This document shows, in pieces, positions 1 to 10,184 of a stretch of 64,000 bases of DNA. Position 1 is the stretch's first letter, and every line of letters begins with the position of its first letter. The DNA comes from Planctomycetota bacterium (GTDB taxonomy: Bacteria > Planctomycetota > B15-G4), in contig CBDFJQ010000002.1 of NCBI GenBank assembly GCA_965248575.1, positions 1,888,001-1,952,000 on the forward strand, given 5' to 3'. The notes under the pieces were generated by a model. It saw nothing but the letters and a program-made list of their open reading frames with translations. It searched no databases and was not told the origin of the DNA. The translations under genes and the position numbers were made by a program.

Positions 1-1468
1 CGCCATCCTGGTTCACATCACCGAAGGCTGCGCCGCGACTCGTCCCTGCGTGAGGCTGGGCTGTTCCGTCTGAGGTCGACAAGCCCTGGAAGCGCCCGCT
101 CGCCGAGCCCTGCAAAACGAGATTGGGCTCCGCGTAGGGGTCCTCTGTCCACAGCTCGGCCTGGCGACGGACCCGCCCATTGGCCTGGAAGACATCCAGG
201 TAGCCGTCGTTGTCGAAGTCCACCAGGCCCAGGCCGAAGCGGGTGAACGTCCTGCTGGGTACGGACAGGCCCGCACTCAGGGTCTGGTCGACGAAGAAGC
301 CACCCTGATTGAGGAAGAACGAGTCCGTTTGTTTGTCGAGATTGCAGACCATGAGATCCATGTCGCCATCCTGGTCGACGTCGGCGGCAGCCACACCCAT
401 TCCCGCCTTGGCGCGCCCGGAATGGTCGAGAGCGCAGCCTGCCAGCAAGCCTTCGTCCACCAGGCGGGTCCCGGTCCCGGCACCCTTGTTCATCCACAGG
501 CGATCGGGCATCCCATCGTTCGCCACGAACACATCCGGCAGGCCGTCAGCGTTGAAGTCAGCCGCCACGACGCCCAAACCCGTCCCGGGCTTGGCGCCGA
601 CACCCCAGGCATCCGTCACGTCCTCGAATCGACCGTCCCCTTGATTGCGGTAGAGCACGTCCCGCGCCGGAGACGAGTAGTTGGCAGGATCGCAGTAGTC
701 GAGCCCCCCCATGTCGTTGTGACACGACAATTCTGCCTGCACGGACCACCCGAGGTAGTTGGTCACATAGAGGTCCTGCAGGCCGTCCGCATCCAGGTCC
801 ACGAAGGTGGCGCTCGCCGCGAAGCCCACATCGCCAACACCAGCCGCGTCCGTGGCATCCACGAATCCCGCGCGTCCGTCATTGAGCAAGAGCACGTTTG
901 CACCCACGTTCGTGACGTAGAGATCCATGTCACCGTCCGCGTCCGCATCTCCGCAGGCCACACCCATTCCGTAGCCAGTGTCCGCGGCACCGCTCCCCGC
1001 ACTCACATCGACGAAGCGCCCCGTCGAGCCCCCGGTCGAGCCCCCTCCGTGTCCGCCGTTGAGGAACAGGGCGTTACCAACTGCTGGCGCTCCCGCGCTT
1101 GAAGCCAGACGCCCGCTCTGGACGCAGTAGGCATCCAAATCGCCATCTCCATCCGCGTCGAAGAGGGCTGCCCCGCCGCCCATGATCTCCGGCATGTAGT
1201 AAGGCGCGTCGTCGCCGCTGCCGTGCCCCGAGTCATGCCGGAACACGATGCCCAGCTCCCGGGCCTGGTCCTCGAACCACGGCCTGGAGACCGCAACGCC
1301 CTGAGCAGCCCTGGTCGGGGAGTTCACCTCGCCCGACGACGATCGCGTTGCCGACTGCGGGTCCGACACGATCTCTCCCGCAGCCGGAGACTCGCTGCAG
1401 CTGGAGAGGCAGGCTGCAGCGACCCAACCCAGCAGCCAGGCAGCGCGTCGACCGTCCCGCTCAGTCAT
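1..1468 (-). CDS. CRTAC1/ASPIC-UnbV family FG-GAP repeat lipoprotein (3' end runs off the window)
   Basis: Not in the ORF track because the stop lies outside the window. Manual translation from ATG 1468: MTERDGRRAAWLLGWVAAACLSSC (lipobox-like) ...WFEDQARELGIVFRHDSG...MPEIMGGGAALFDADGDGDLD; at the window edge the same frame reads SRGAAFGDVNQDG. Start overlaps the stop of the upstream TPR gene (ATGACTGA). Confidence 0.9.
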   Translation of the reverse strand, partial: MTERDGRRAAWLLGWVAAACLSSCSESPAAGEIVSDPQSATRSSSGEVNSPTRAAQGVAVSRPWFEDQARELGIVFRHDSGHGSGDDAPYYMPEIMGGGAALFDADGDGDLDAYCVQSGRLASSAGAPAVGNALFLNGGHGGGSTGGSTGRFVDVSAGSGAADTGYGMGVACGDADADGDMDLYVTNVGANVLLLNDGRAGFVDATDAAGVGDVGFAASATFVDLDADGLQDLYVTNYLGWSVQAELSCHNDMGGLDYCDPANYSSPARDVLYRNQGDGRFEDVTDAWGVGAKPGTGLGVVAADFNADGLPDVFVANDGMPDRLWMNKGAGTGTRLVDEGLLAGCALDHSGRAKAGMGVAAADVDQDGDMDLMVCNLDKQTDSFFLNQGGFFVDQTLSAGLSVPSRTFTRFGLGLVDFDNDGYLDVFQANGRVRRQAELWTEDPYAEPNLVLQGSASGRFQGLSTSDGTAQPHAGTSRGAAFGDVNQDG

Positions 1469-2984
1469 TCTCGCTCTCCGCGCCGATCGCCTCACTGTCC
1501 GGAGGGAATGAAGCGCTCAAGGCCGCACCCATCTGCAGGACCCTCGGGTCTTCCGGCGCCAGGGCTTGAGCGGCGGCCTGTGCTTCCTGCGCCGCAGCGC
1601 GGTCGAAACCCATGGCGAGGCCACCAAGCTGCAAGCACGCATCCAAGCTACGCGGGAAGGCTGCCACGGCTTCGCGAGCATGCTGCAACGCACGCGAGCG
1701 GTCTCCTGAAAGACCGCGGGCTCGTGAGAGCTTGAGCAAGCTGTCCAACTTGGGGCCCCCGTAGTGCAGTGCCTGTTCGAGCGCGGTCGCAGCAGACGAG
1801 AGGTCACCACTGCGCCAGGCCAGGCGGGCCGCAAGCTCGTGGCTCGGCACCCAGCCCTCCGCCTCGGACAGTGACCGAGCCACGGCGCTGGAAGCCGAGG
1901 CCAAGTCCCCCGCAGCTTCTCTCACCAGTGCGCGGAGGTACCACGCTCGGGGATGCTCGGGATGCCGGCCCAGGAAGTCATCGAGAGCCTCCTCTGCGGA
2001 CGCGAGCTGCTGCAACTGCAGCTCGGCCGCCACCAACTTTTCCAGCGCAGCCACATCGTCCGGCAACTCGGCACGCAGCGCGCGCAGGGACTCAACGATC
2101 TCCTGCGCGGCGCCCGCGCGGCCCTGCAGCACGGCGCGGCCCATGATTCCGTGGTAACCCGCGAGGTGCTCCTGGGTCTCTTCGAGCCAAGGATCAGGGA
2201 GCGCAGGAGAAGCCCCCGCCCCCCGCTCCAGTTGTTCGAGCGCGTCCGCAACCCGACCCAGGCGACGATAGGCCGTTCCGAGCAAGAAACGCGCGTAGCC
2301 ACGGTCCGGTTGAGTCTGCAAGTACTCTTCGAGCAAGGCTGACGCCGCTTCAGCATCGCCTTCGGCGAGGGCCACACGGGCGAGACCCTCCCAGCCCGCT
2401 GGGTGCGCAGGCTCCGCGCGCCGACTGGCCTCAAAAGACGCCCGGGCTGGGGCCAACGCTCCCGAGTTCAGCTGCAGCTCGCCCAAGCGGGCATGCGCCA
2501 TGGCGACCTGGGGCGCCACAGCCACGCAGGCCCGAAAGCTCTCCTGCGCGGCGAGCACCTCGCCCATCTGCTCCTGCATGCGCCCCAGGTGGTAGAGCGA
2601 CCGAGCCTTCAGTTCGGCCAGGTCGCCGCTTCCGGGCACGGCTGCGGCCCTCGTCGCCTGCACCCGATCGCTGCAGTCCACGGCCGCCAAGTAAGCCTCC
2701 GCCGCAGCACGCGGAACCGAATTGCTGTCGTAGAGCATTCCCAGTTCGAGGTAACGACTCACATCGTCGGGTTGCTCGGCGATGCGCACGTGTTGAACGC
2801 GCACCAAGTCCGCTAGGACGTCGGTTAGCCCCGCAGCGACGTCTGGAATCAAGACGGGGCGCTCATTGTGTCGTTCGCATGACATGAACGAAGACGCTGT
2901 CAGAAAACACAGCGCGACACACAGCACCGGCCATGGGGCGTACCGCGTGTCGCATGTGGAGCGCATGAATCGGGTCGGAAGCAT
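1461..2984 (-). CDS. Tetratricopeptide-repeat protein, probably exported or lipoprotein
   Basis: Ala/Leu-rich TPR-like helices (YLELGMLYDS, AHARLGELQL, RFLLGTAYRRLG, AWYLRALV). Hydrophobic N-terminus ending FMSC. Start placed at ATG 2984, 7 nt after an extended -10 (TGCTATCCT); ATG 2966 is an alternative. Confidence 0.8.
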   Translation of the reverse strand: MLPTRFMRSTCDTRYAPWPVLCVALCFLTASSFMSCERHNERPVLIPDVAAGLTDVLADLVRVQHVRIAEQPDDVSRYLELGMLYDSNSVPRAAAEAYLAAVDCSDRVQATRAAAVPGSGDLAELKARSLYHLGRMQEQMGEVLAAQESFRACVAVAPQVAMAHARLGELQLNSGALAPARASFEASRRAEPAHPAGWEGLARVALAEGDAEAASALLEEYLQTQPDRGYARFLLGTAYRRLGRVADALEQLERGAGASPALPDPWLEETQEHLAGYHGIMGRAVLQGRAGAAQEIVESLRALRAELPDDVAALEKLVAAELQLQQLASAEEALDDFLGRHPEHPRAWYLRALVREAAGDLASASSAVARSLSEAEGWVPSHELAARLAWRSGDLSSAATALEQALHYGGPKLDSLLKLSRARGLSGDRSRALQHAREAVAAFPRSLDACLQLGGLAMGFDRAAAQEAQAAAQALAPEDPRVLQMGAALSASFPPDSEAIGAESEND

Positions 2985-2991
2985 CGCGCAG

Positions 2992-3000
2992 AGGATAGCA
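2992..3000 (-). promoter_or_regulatory. Extended -10 element (TGCTATCCT), probable leaderless promoter of the TPR/CRTAC operon
   Basis: TG-n-TAnnnT lies 7 nt before ATG 2984. The same TGCTANNCT motif recurs upstream of other genes. Confidence 0.5.
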
Positions 3001-3082
3001 AGGTGACCTGAGTATTCGGTCCACCGCTCCGTGCTGGGGCATGCGTTCCAGCTCTGGACTCCCCGGGCGCGCAGAGCAGCTC

Positions 3083-3091
3083 TGCTACACT
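3083..3091 (+). promoter_or_regulatory. Extended -10 element (TGCTACACT) upstream of the PKS
   Basis: TG-n-TAnnnT about 90 nt before ATG 3182, divergent from the element at 2992-3000. Confidence 0.5.
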
Positions 3092-3181
3092 GCGCTTCGC
3101 CCCTTCTTCTGCGGCTTGCGCGCCTCCCGCACCGGCGCGGACCCTCGTTCATCCCATCGCACCCCTCGGGACCCGACGCCC

Positions 3182-6100
3182 ATGGTGAGCGCCGAGAACT
3201 CGTCCGCCTCCTCGTCGGACGACGCCTTTCTTTCCCGACTGCACAACGCACCGGCCAGCGAAACCCGCCGACTGCTGCTCGAGTACACCTGCACGCTCAC
3301 GGGTCAATTCCTGAAGCTCGATCCGGGCGAGCAGATCGGGCCCCAGGACAGCTTCCTGGATTTTGGTTTCGATTCGCTGATGGCGGTGGACTTCAAGATC
3401 CTGTTGGAGGTCCGACTCGCCTGCGCCTTGCGCTCCACGGCCCTTTTCGACTGCCCGACCCCCGACGCCCTCGTGGACTACCTGTTCACGGAACTGCGGC
3501 TGGCCCCCGAGTCAACTTCCAACGATGACCCTGGTGCGCCGCAAGTCGCGCGCTTCGAACTCCCGGACGCAGAGACCCTCGCAGGGCTCTCTGCCGCGGA
3601 GCTTCGGGAGCTGTTGGCGCGACAGGAGAAAGCCCTGCGCTCGGTGGAGGAGGCCCAGCACGAACCCATCGCCATTGTGGGTCTCGCCTGCCGATTCCCT
3701 GGAGGAGTGAATGACCCGGAGAGCTTCTGGGCCCTCCAGCGGGACGGCGTGGACGCCATCGAAGAGATTCCCAAGAGCCGTTGGGACATCGATCGTTACT
3801 ACGACCCCGACCACGCCACCCCAGGCAAGATGTACGTCCGCCATGGTGGCTTCATCGACGACATCGACACCTTTGACGCCCGCTTTTTTGGCATCTCGCC
3901 GCGTGAGGCCACGGAGCTGGACCCCAACCAGCGCATCATGTTGGAGCTGGCCTACGAGGCCATCGAACGCGCGGGCATCTCTCCTGACGAATTGCGAGGC
4001 ACACCCACGGGTGTGTTCATCGGTTCGCGCGGCGCTGAGTATCTGATCGGGCAATCGGACATCGAGCCCGAAGACATCCAGACCTACTACGCCACCGGCA
4101 ATGCCCTCAGCACCTTGGCCGGCCGGGTGTCCTTCGCGCTCGGATTCACCGGCCCGAGCTTCGCCCTCGACACGGCCTGCTCCTCCTCTCTCGTGGCTCT
4201 GCATTGTGCGGTGAAGAGCCTTCGGCAGCATGAGAGCAGCGCTGCTTTGGTGGGCGGCATCAACACCTTGCTGGACCCCTTGGGAACCATCTCGGTCTGC
4301 AAGGCCTCGATGCTCTCCGAAGACGGCCACTGCAAGACGTTCGATGCGTCAGCCGACGGCTACGTGCGCAGCGAAGGCTGCGGAGTGCTGGTGCTGAAAC
4401 GTCTGTCGGATGCCCAAGCGGCTGGCGACCCCATCCTGGCCGTAGTGCGCGGCATCGCCATCAACCAGGATGGCGCGAGCGGCGGCCTCACCGTGCCCAG
4501 CGGCCCCATGCAGGAGGCGGTCATCCGCGATGCCCTGGCGGACGGCAACGTGCGCCCTCACGACGTGAGCTACGTGGAAGCCCATGGCACCGGAACCTCC
4601 TTGGGTGACCCCATCGAAGTGGGCGCCTTGGACGCCGTCTTCGGCCCAGGTCGCCCCTCGGATCGTCCACTGCTCGCCAGTTCGGTGAAGCCCAACATCG
4701 GACACCTCGAGACGGCCGCCGGCATGGCTGGCCTGATCAAGGTCGTGGTCGCCATGCAGCACGAGTGCATCCCACGACATCTCCACCTCACCGAGCCCAA
4801 CCCCCACATTCCTTGGGACAAGACGGTGCTCAAGGTGCCGCTGGAAAGCACGCCCTGGCCCCGAGCGGCAACGCCGCGCCTCGCCGGCGTCAGCTCCTTC
4901 GGTTTCAGCGGCACCAATGCGCATGTGGTCCTCCAGGATGCCCCACCTGCCGTCGCCAACACCTCGGCCCCTGCGCCCTCTCGCCCGGTGCAGGTGCTGC
5001 CCCTCTCGGCCAACACGGAACAAGCGCTCCAAGACGTGGTGCAGCGTGTGCGCTCCCTTCTTACGGACGCCGGGCAATCTGGCCCAGAGTCTGACGGCCC
5101 TGCCCTCACCAACCTGTGCGCCAGCATGGCCCTCGGTCGCGCGGCCTTCCCCTTCCGGCGAACCTTCGTCGCCGACAGCCTCGCGGACCTGCGCAGGCAG
5201 TTGGATTCGACGGCTGCCGAGTCCGTGGGTTTCTCCGGACGTGCGCCCGCCCACGCGCCGAAAGTCGGCTTCCTGTTCACGGGGCAGGGCAGCCAGCGCG
5301 CCGGCATGGGGCGCGAGCTGTACGAGACGGAGCCGTTCTTTCGCGACGCCCTGGACAGCTGTGAACAACGCCTCTCGCCAGAACTTCCGGCGCCACTCTT
5401 CGACATCCTGTGGGGTGAGCGGACGGACTTGCTCTCCCGCACCGATTGCACCCAACCGGCGCTCTTCGCCATCGAGTACTCCCTGGCACAGTTGCTGGGG
5501 CATTGGGGCGTGCGCCCCACTTGGGTCGCGGGCCACAGCGTCGGCGAGTACGCCGCAGCTTGCATCGCGGGCGTGCTCGACCTGGACCAGGCGTGCACCC
5601 TCATCGCCGCCCGCGGCCGACTGATGGTGGAGCACACACAGACCGGGAGCATGCTCGCCGTGATGGCCAGCGCAGACGTCGTGCGCGCCCTCGTGCTGGA
5701 TGACTCAGCCGACGGACCAGGGGGGACCAACACCCTCGCCCTGGCCGCCATGAACGGTGAGCAAGCCACCGTGTTGGCGGGCAGCCATGACGCGGTGGAG
5801 CGGGCTGCCTCCCAGCTCAAGCAGAAGAACGTCCGCTGCACGGCGCTGGACGTCAGCCACGCTTTCCACTCGCCACTCATGGAGCCCATGCTCGGGCCCT
5901 TCGAGGAGCTGGCCAAGAGCATGGAGTTCAAGCGTCCCCAAGTCGGGTTCATCAGCAACCTCGACCCAGGGCCTGCAGATGCCAGCCTCGCCCGGTCGGA
6001 CTACTGGGTGCGGCATGTCAGGGATCCGGTGCGCTTCCTGGACGGCATGCGCGCCCTCGAAAGGGAGAGCTGCGACATCCTGATCGAGCTGGGCCCCAGC

Positions 6101-9100
6101 CCCCTGCTGATCGGCATGGCCAAGCGCTTCTTGCGCGATGACAGCATCACCTGGGTCCCCAGCTTGCGACCCAAGCAGGACGAGGTGAGATGCCTGCAGA
6201 ACATGCTGGCCGAACTCAGCACGCGAGGTGTCCCCGTCAACTGGCGCGGCGTGCATCACGACAACCACGGTGAAGCGACGTACGAGCGCATCGAGGTTCC
6301 GACCTACCCCTTCCAACGGGAGCGCTTCTGGCTCCCGCCGCGGACGGACTCCGCCAGCCGCCCCATCGATCGCTCAGCCCATCCGCTGCTGGGCACCCCC
6401 GTCGCCGTCGCCACCATGGAGCCCGGGCAGCATCTCTTTGAAAGCTGGCTGTCCGCTGAGTCGCCAGCTTGGCTGAGCGATCACCGGGCCTTCGAGACGC
6501 CTCTCGTTCCGGCGGCAGCCTTCCTGGAGTGGGCCCTGGCAGCCGGGTCCAAGCTGCTGGGAACCCAGCACCTTCAGATTGGCGACCTGTCCATCCCTGC
6601 CGCCCTCCCGCTCGACAGCGAAGCACGGCATGTGCAGCTGCATCTGGTTCCCTCGACTGCTGAGAAACGGGCGGAGCAGGAGAGCGAAGACTCCCTCGGC
6701 AGCTTTCATTTCCGATTGCTCAGCCGAGGGGAAGGGGACGCTGCCTGGACCGAGCACGCCACGGGGGTCCTCTCCGGACACGCCAGCACGACCTGGGAAG
6801 GACAAGACGCAGAGGGGCTCGACGCCATCCGCAGTCGCTGCCCCGAAAGCCTCGATGTGCCCCAGTTCTACGCGGGCTACGACGCCATCGGCCTCGGATA
6901 CGGCCCCGCCTTCTCGGTCATCCAGTCCTTCGCGCAACAAGCGGGTGAGAGCCTCGCACTGCTCGAGCGGCCCGAGGGGGTTCCGAAGTTGCCGGGAGGG
7001 GTGCTCCACCCCGTCCTTCTGGACGGCTGTTTCCAGACGACGCGCGCCCTGTCCCTCCAGCAAGGGATCGACGGCATGTACCTGCCCACGGCCTTGGAGC
7101 GACTGAGCGTTCACGGGATTCTCGACACCGCCGCCTTCTGCCGCACCCGCATGCGTCCGCTATCGGAGGCAGGGGGCTCGTCCTCCAAGCAGGGCTCAGG
7201 CCCCCGACTCCTGGTGATGGATCTTTCGCTCTTCGCACCCGACGGCGAGCTGGTGGCGAGCGTGGAAGGTCTGCAGCTTGTGCGCGCCCAACGTGGCGCG
7301 CTGCTCGCGGGCCAGGACCCCTTCCGTGCCCTCGCCCACACCATCCGCTGGGACACGGGAGAACTGGGCTCCGCCGACGCCGCGGCCGCGACACCCGTGC
7401 AGGGAAGCTGGCTGGTGCTCGAGCACGGCAGCGGTGCGGGACAGCCTTTGATCAAGGCCCTGCAGCAGCAGGGAGTTCGCACCCTCAGCATCAGCCTGGA
7501 TGAGATCCCCGCTGATGACAGCCGTGCCTGGGAGCAACTGCTCGAGACCCTGCCCGAGGACTGCGCAGGCATCGTGCACGGGTTCAGCCTCAGCGAGCCG
7601 ACCCAACCCGGTGACCCGCAACGACTACGCGAAGTCTGTGGAACCGCCCTCGAACTCGTGAGGGCCCTCGCGAAACGGGAGACCCCCACGCCTCCGCGAC
7701 TGTTCCTGCTCACACGCGGTGCCGTCGCCGGCGACATGCATGCCGAGGTGACCGACCCCGATGCAGCCACCTTGTGGGGGCTGGGAACCACCCTCGAGCT
7801 GGAGCACCCCGAGTGGCGCACGACGCGTATCGATCTCGACCCGGCGACACCGGAGCGCAGTCCGGACACAAGCGAAGAAGAAGCGGTCGCCCTGGCACGC
7901 GAACTGCTCGGCGGTTTCCCACACACACAGGTGGCCTTCCGCGCTAGCGCGCGCAGGCTCCCATTCCTGCAGAAACGCCCCACCAGAGCGCGGGGCTTGC
8001 AGCCCCCGGATGCCCCCAGCTGGGCGTTGCGGGTGAGCGAGTACGGAGTGCTCGAGAATCTGGAGCTCGTCCCTCAACCTCGGCCCGCGCCGGGGGCAGG
8101 CGAGCTGGAGATCGAAGTCAGTGCCGCCGCCCTGAACTTCAAGGACGTGCTCTTCGCCCTGGGCATGCTGGCTGAACACACGGGCATCCGGCACGCCCCC
8201 GACCAGGCCCTGGGTCTGGAGTGTGCCGGCATCGTCACGCGAGTGGGTCCGGACGTCACGCGATTCCAAGTGGGAGACGAGGTGGTCAGTGCTGTCTTGG
8301 GCAGCATGTCGAGCCACGTCGTGGCGCCCGTGCATGGCGTGCTTCTCAAGCCCGAGATGCTGACGGCAGCCCAAGCCGCCTCCCTGCAGACGATCTTCCT
8401 GACGGCCCTCTACTCCCTCGAACACCGTGCGCAGATCCAGGCCGGTGAATCGGTGCTGATCCATGCGGCGGCCGGCGGAGTCGGGCAGGCAGCCGTGCAG
8501 ATCGCCCAGCGAGCCGGCGCCAAGATCTTCGCCACGGCGAGCCCCGGCAAGTGGCCCGCACTGCGAGCCCAGGGCATCGAGCACGTGATGAACTCTCGCT
8601 CGGTCGACTTTGCCGACCAGGTGTTGGAGGCCACGGGCGGCCGAGGCGTCGATGTCGTCTTGAACAGCCTGAATGGCGAGGCCATCCCGGCCAGCTTGCG
8701 AGCCACGGCGCCCAAGGGGCGCTTCGTCGACATCGGCAAGATCGGCGTGTGGAGCCCGGAGCAGGTGGCCGAGCAGCGGCCGGACATCCGCTATGCGACC
8801 TTCGACATGGCGCAGGTCCTGGAGCAGGATCGGGATCTGCACGCGCAGCTGCTCAAGGATCTCGCGTCGGGCTTCGAGCAGGCCAGCCTGCGCGCGCCCC
8901 CCATCAAGTGCTTCCCCCTCTCCGAGGCCGTGGCGGCCTTCGGCTATCTGGCCCAGGCCAAGAACATCGGAAAGGTGGTGCTCAGCGTACCGCGCAGCCA
9001 TGCCGGCAGCTTGCGACCGGACGCGAGCTACCTCATCACCGGCGGCCTGGGAGCCCTCGGCCTCGTGGTCGCCCGCCGCCTGGTGCAGCTCGGTGCACGA

Positions 9101-10171
9101 CAGCTCGTCTTGTGCGGCCGCAGTGCACCATCCGAGACGGCGCGCGCCGCCATCAGCGAACTCGAGTCGGAGGGCGCAGAGGTCAACACCGTGGCGCTCG
9201 ACATCACCGACAAGGAAGCCACTGAGCGCGTCCTCAGTGAACTCAGTCCGCGCCTTGCTGGCATCGTCCATGCGGCCGGTGTGCTGGACGACGGCATGTT
9301 GGCGAACCAGGATTGGAGCCGCTTCCAGACGGTCTTCGCCCCCAAGCTGACCGGCGCCTGGAACCTGCACACTCTCACCTCGACCCAGCACCTGGACTTC
9401 TTCGTCTGCTTCAGCTCCATGGCCTCCATGCTGGGCAACCCCGGCCAAGGAAACTACGCCGCCGCCAACGCGATGCTGGACTCACTCGCGTCCTATCGGC
9501 GCAGCCTCGGGCTGGCTGGCACGAGCATCAACTGGGGCCCTTGGGCCGGCGGGGGCATGGCCGCGGACATCGAAGCGAAGGCCGAGGCGCGCATGTTCGA
9601 AATGGGCGTCACCCCCATCCCGCCGGAACAGGGCGCTGACTTCCTGGAGCGGGTCCTGGCCGGAGACCACGACGCCCAGATTGGTGCGCTGCCCGTGACC
9701 TGGTCGCGCTTCCTCGCGAGACATCGCGGGGAGCCCCCTCCCTTCTACAAGTCCCTGGATGGCGGCGTACGCGCGGATGCGGAAGCGGCCGGGGGTGAGA
9801 TCCTCGAGCAGTTGCAAGGCGCCGACCAGGGCTTGGCGATCGAATTGCTGACCCCCTTCGTGGCCGGACAGCTCGCGGGCGTCATGGGCTTTGCGGACCA
9901 CACCCAGGTGGACGTGGATCAGGAGTTCACGGACATGGGCATCGACTCGCTGCTCGCGGTGGACCTGCGCAATCGCCTCGAATCCAGCCTGGCCATCTCC
10001 CTCCCCGCAACGCTCGTCTTCGATCACCCACACCTCGCGTCCCTGATCGAACACCTGGCCATGCAGTTCTCGCAGGGCAGCAGTGACGACGAGACCGAGC
10101 TGCTAGCCGAGATCAGCCAGCTCTCCGACGAGGAGGCCGAACGCCTTTTGGCTTCGGAAGACGACCCGTGA
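3182..10171 (+). CDS. Type I polyketide synthase, single reducing module ACP-KS-AT-DH-ER-KR-ACP
   Basis: N-terminal ACP GFDSL (3371). KS: EPIAIVG, DTACSSS (Cys 4178), HGTGT, NIGHLE. AT: GHSVG (5531) and HAFH (malonyl-type). DH: HxxxxxxxxP (6482) and HPVLLDGCFQ. ER: LIHAAAGGVGQAA. KR: GGLGALG, VLDD, YAAAN. C-terminal ACP GIDSL (9944). No TE or MT domain. Confidence 0.97.
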   Translation: MVSAENSSASSSDDAFLSRLHNAPASETRRLLLEYTCTLTGQFLKLDPGEQIGPQDSFLDFGFDSLMAVDFKILLEVRLACALRSTALFDCPTPDALVDYLFTELRLAPESTSNDDPGAPQVARFELPDAETLAGLSAAELRELLARQEKALRSVEEAQHEPIAIVGLACRFPGGVNDPESFWALQRDGVDAIEEIPKSRWDIDRYYDPDHATPGKMYVRHGGFIDDIDTFDARFFGISPREATELDPNQRIMLELAYEAIERAGISPDELRGTPTGVFIGSRGAEYLIGQSDIEPEDIQTYYATGNALSTLAGRVSFALGFTGPSFALDTACSSSLVALHCAVKSLRQHESSAALVGGINTLLDPLGTISVCKASMLSEDGHCKTFDASADGYVRSEGCGVLVLKRLSDAQAAGDPILAVVRGIAINQDGASGGLTVPSGPMQEAVIRDALADGNVRPHDVSYVEAHGTGTSLGDPIEVGALDAVFGPGRPSDRPLLASSVKPNIGHLETAAGMAGLIKVVVAMQHECIPRHLHLTEPNPHIPWDKTVLKVPLESTPWPRAATPRLAGVSSFGFSGTNAHVVLQDAPPAVANTSAPAPSRPVQVLPLSANTEQALQDVVQRVRSLLTDAGQSGPESDGPALTNLCASMALGRAAFPFRRTFVADSLADLRRQLDSTAAESVGFSGRAPAHAPKVGFLFTGQGSQRAGMGRELYETEPFFRDALDSCEQRLSPELPAPLFDILWGERTDLLSRTDCTQPALFAIEYSLAQLLGHWGVRPTWVAGHSVGEYAAACIAGVLDLDQACTLIAARGRLMVEHTQTGSMLAVMASADVVRALVLDDSADGPGGTNTLALAAMNGEQATVLAGSHDAVERAASQLKQKNVRCTALDVSHAFHSPLMEPMLGPFEELAKSMEFKRPQVGFISNLDPGPADASLARSDYWVRHVRDPVRFLDGMRALERESCDILIELGPSPLLIGMAKRFLRDDSITWVPSLRPKQDEVRCLQNMLAELSTRGVPVNWRGVHHDNHGEATYERIEVPTYPFQRERFWLPPRTDSASRPIDRSAHPLLGTPVAVATMEPGQHLFESWLSAESPAWLSDHRAFETPLVPAAAFLEWALAAGSKLLGTQHLQIGDLSIPAALPLDSEARHVQLHLVPSTAEKRAEQESEDSLGSFHFRLLSRGEGDAAWTEHATGVLSGHASTTWEGQDAEGLDAIRSRCPESLDVPQFYAGYDAIGLGYGPAFSVIQSFAQQAGESLALLERPEGVPKLPGGVLHPVLLDGCFQTTRALSLQQGIDGMYLPTALERLSVHGILDTAAFCRTRMRPLSEAGGSSSKQGSGPRLLVMDLSLFAPDGELVASVEGLQLVRAQRGALLAGQDPFRALAHTIRWDTGELGSADAAAATPVQGSWLVLEHGSGAGQPLIKALQQQGVRTLSISLDEIPADDSRAWEQLLETLPEDCAGIVHGFSLSEPTQPGDPQRLREVCGTALELVRALAKRETPTPPRLFLLTRGAVAGDMHAEVTDPDAATLWGLGTTLELEHPEWRTTRIDLDPATPERSPDTSEEEAVALARELLGGFPHTQVAFRASARRLPFLQKRPTRARGLQPPDAPSWALRVSEYGVLENLELVPQPRPAPGAGELEIEVSAAALNFKDVLFALGMLAEHTGIRHAPDQALGLECAGIVTRVGPDVTRFQVGDEVVSAVLGSMSSHVVAPVHGVLLKPEMLTAAQAASLQTIFLTALYSLEHRAQIQAGESVLIHAAAGGVGQAAVQIAQRAGAKIFATASPGKWPALRAQGIEHVMNSRSVDFADQVLEATGGRGVDVVLNSLNGEAIPASLRATAPKGRFVDIGKIGVWSPEQVAEQRPDIRYATFDMAQVLEQDRDLHAQLLKDLASGFEQASLRAPPIKCFPLSEAVAAFGYLAQAKNIGKVVLSVPRSHAGSLRPDASYLITGGLGALGLVVARRLVQLGARQLVLCGRSAPSETARAAISELESEGAEVNTVALDITDKEATERVLSELSPRLAGIVHAAGVLDDGMLANQDWSRFQTVFAPKLTGAWNLHTLTSTQHLDFFVCFSSMASMLGNPGQGNYAAANAMLDSLASYRRSLGLAGTSINWGPWAGGGMAADIEAKAEARMFEMGVTPIPPEQGADFLERVLAGDHDAQIGALPVTWSRFLARHRGEPPPFYKSLDGGVRADAEAAGGEILEQLQGADQGLAIELLTPFVAGQLAGVMGFADHTQVDVDQEFTDMGIDSLLAVDLRNRLESSLAISLPATLVFDHPHLASLIEHLAMQFSQGSSDDETELLAEISQLSDEEAERLLASEDDP

Positions 10172-10184
10172 CCCAAACCTGCCC

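Noticed and set aside
3041..3181. ORF-track 5' extensions (PKS from 3041, TPR from 3251, 41061, 58133, 59342, 33568)
   Set aside because: They overlap promoter motifs or neighbouring genes and are low-complexity. Downstream starts give proper signal peptides or domain boundaries.
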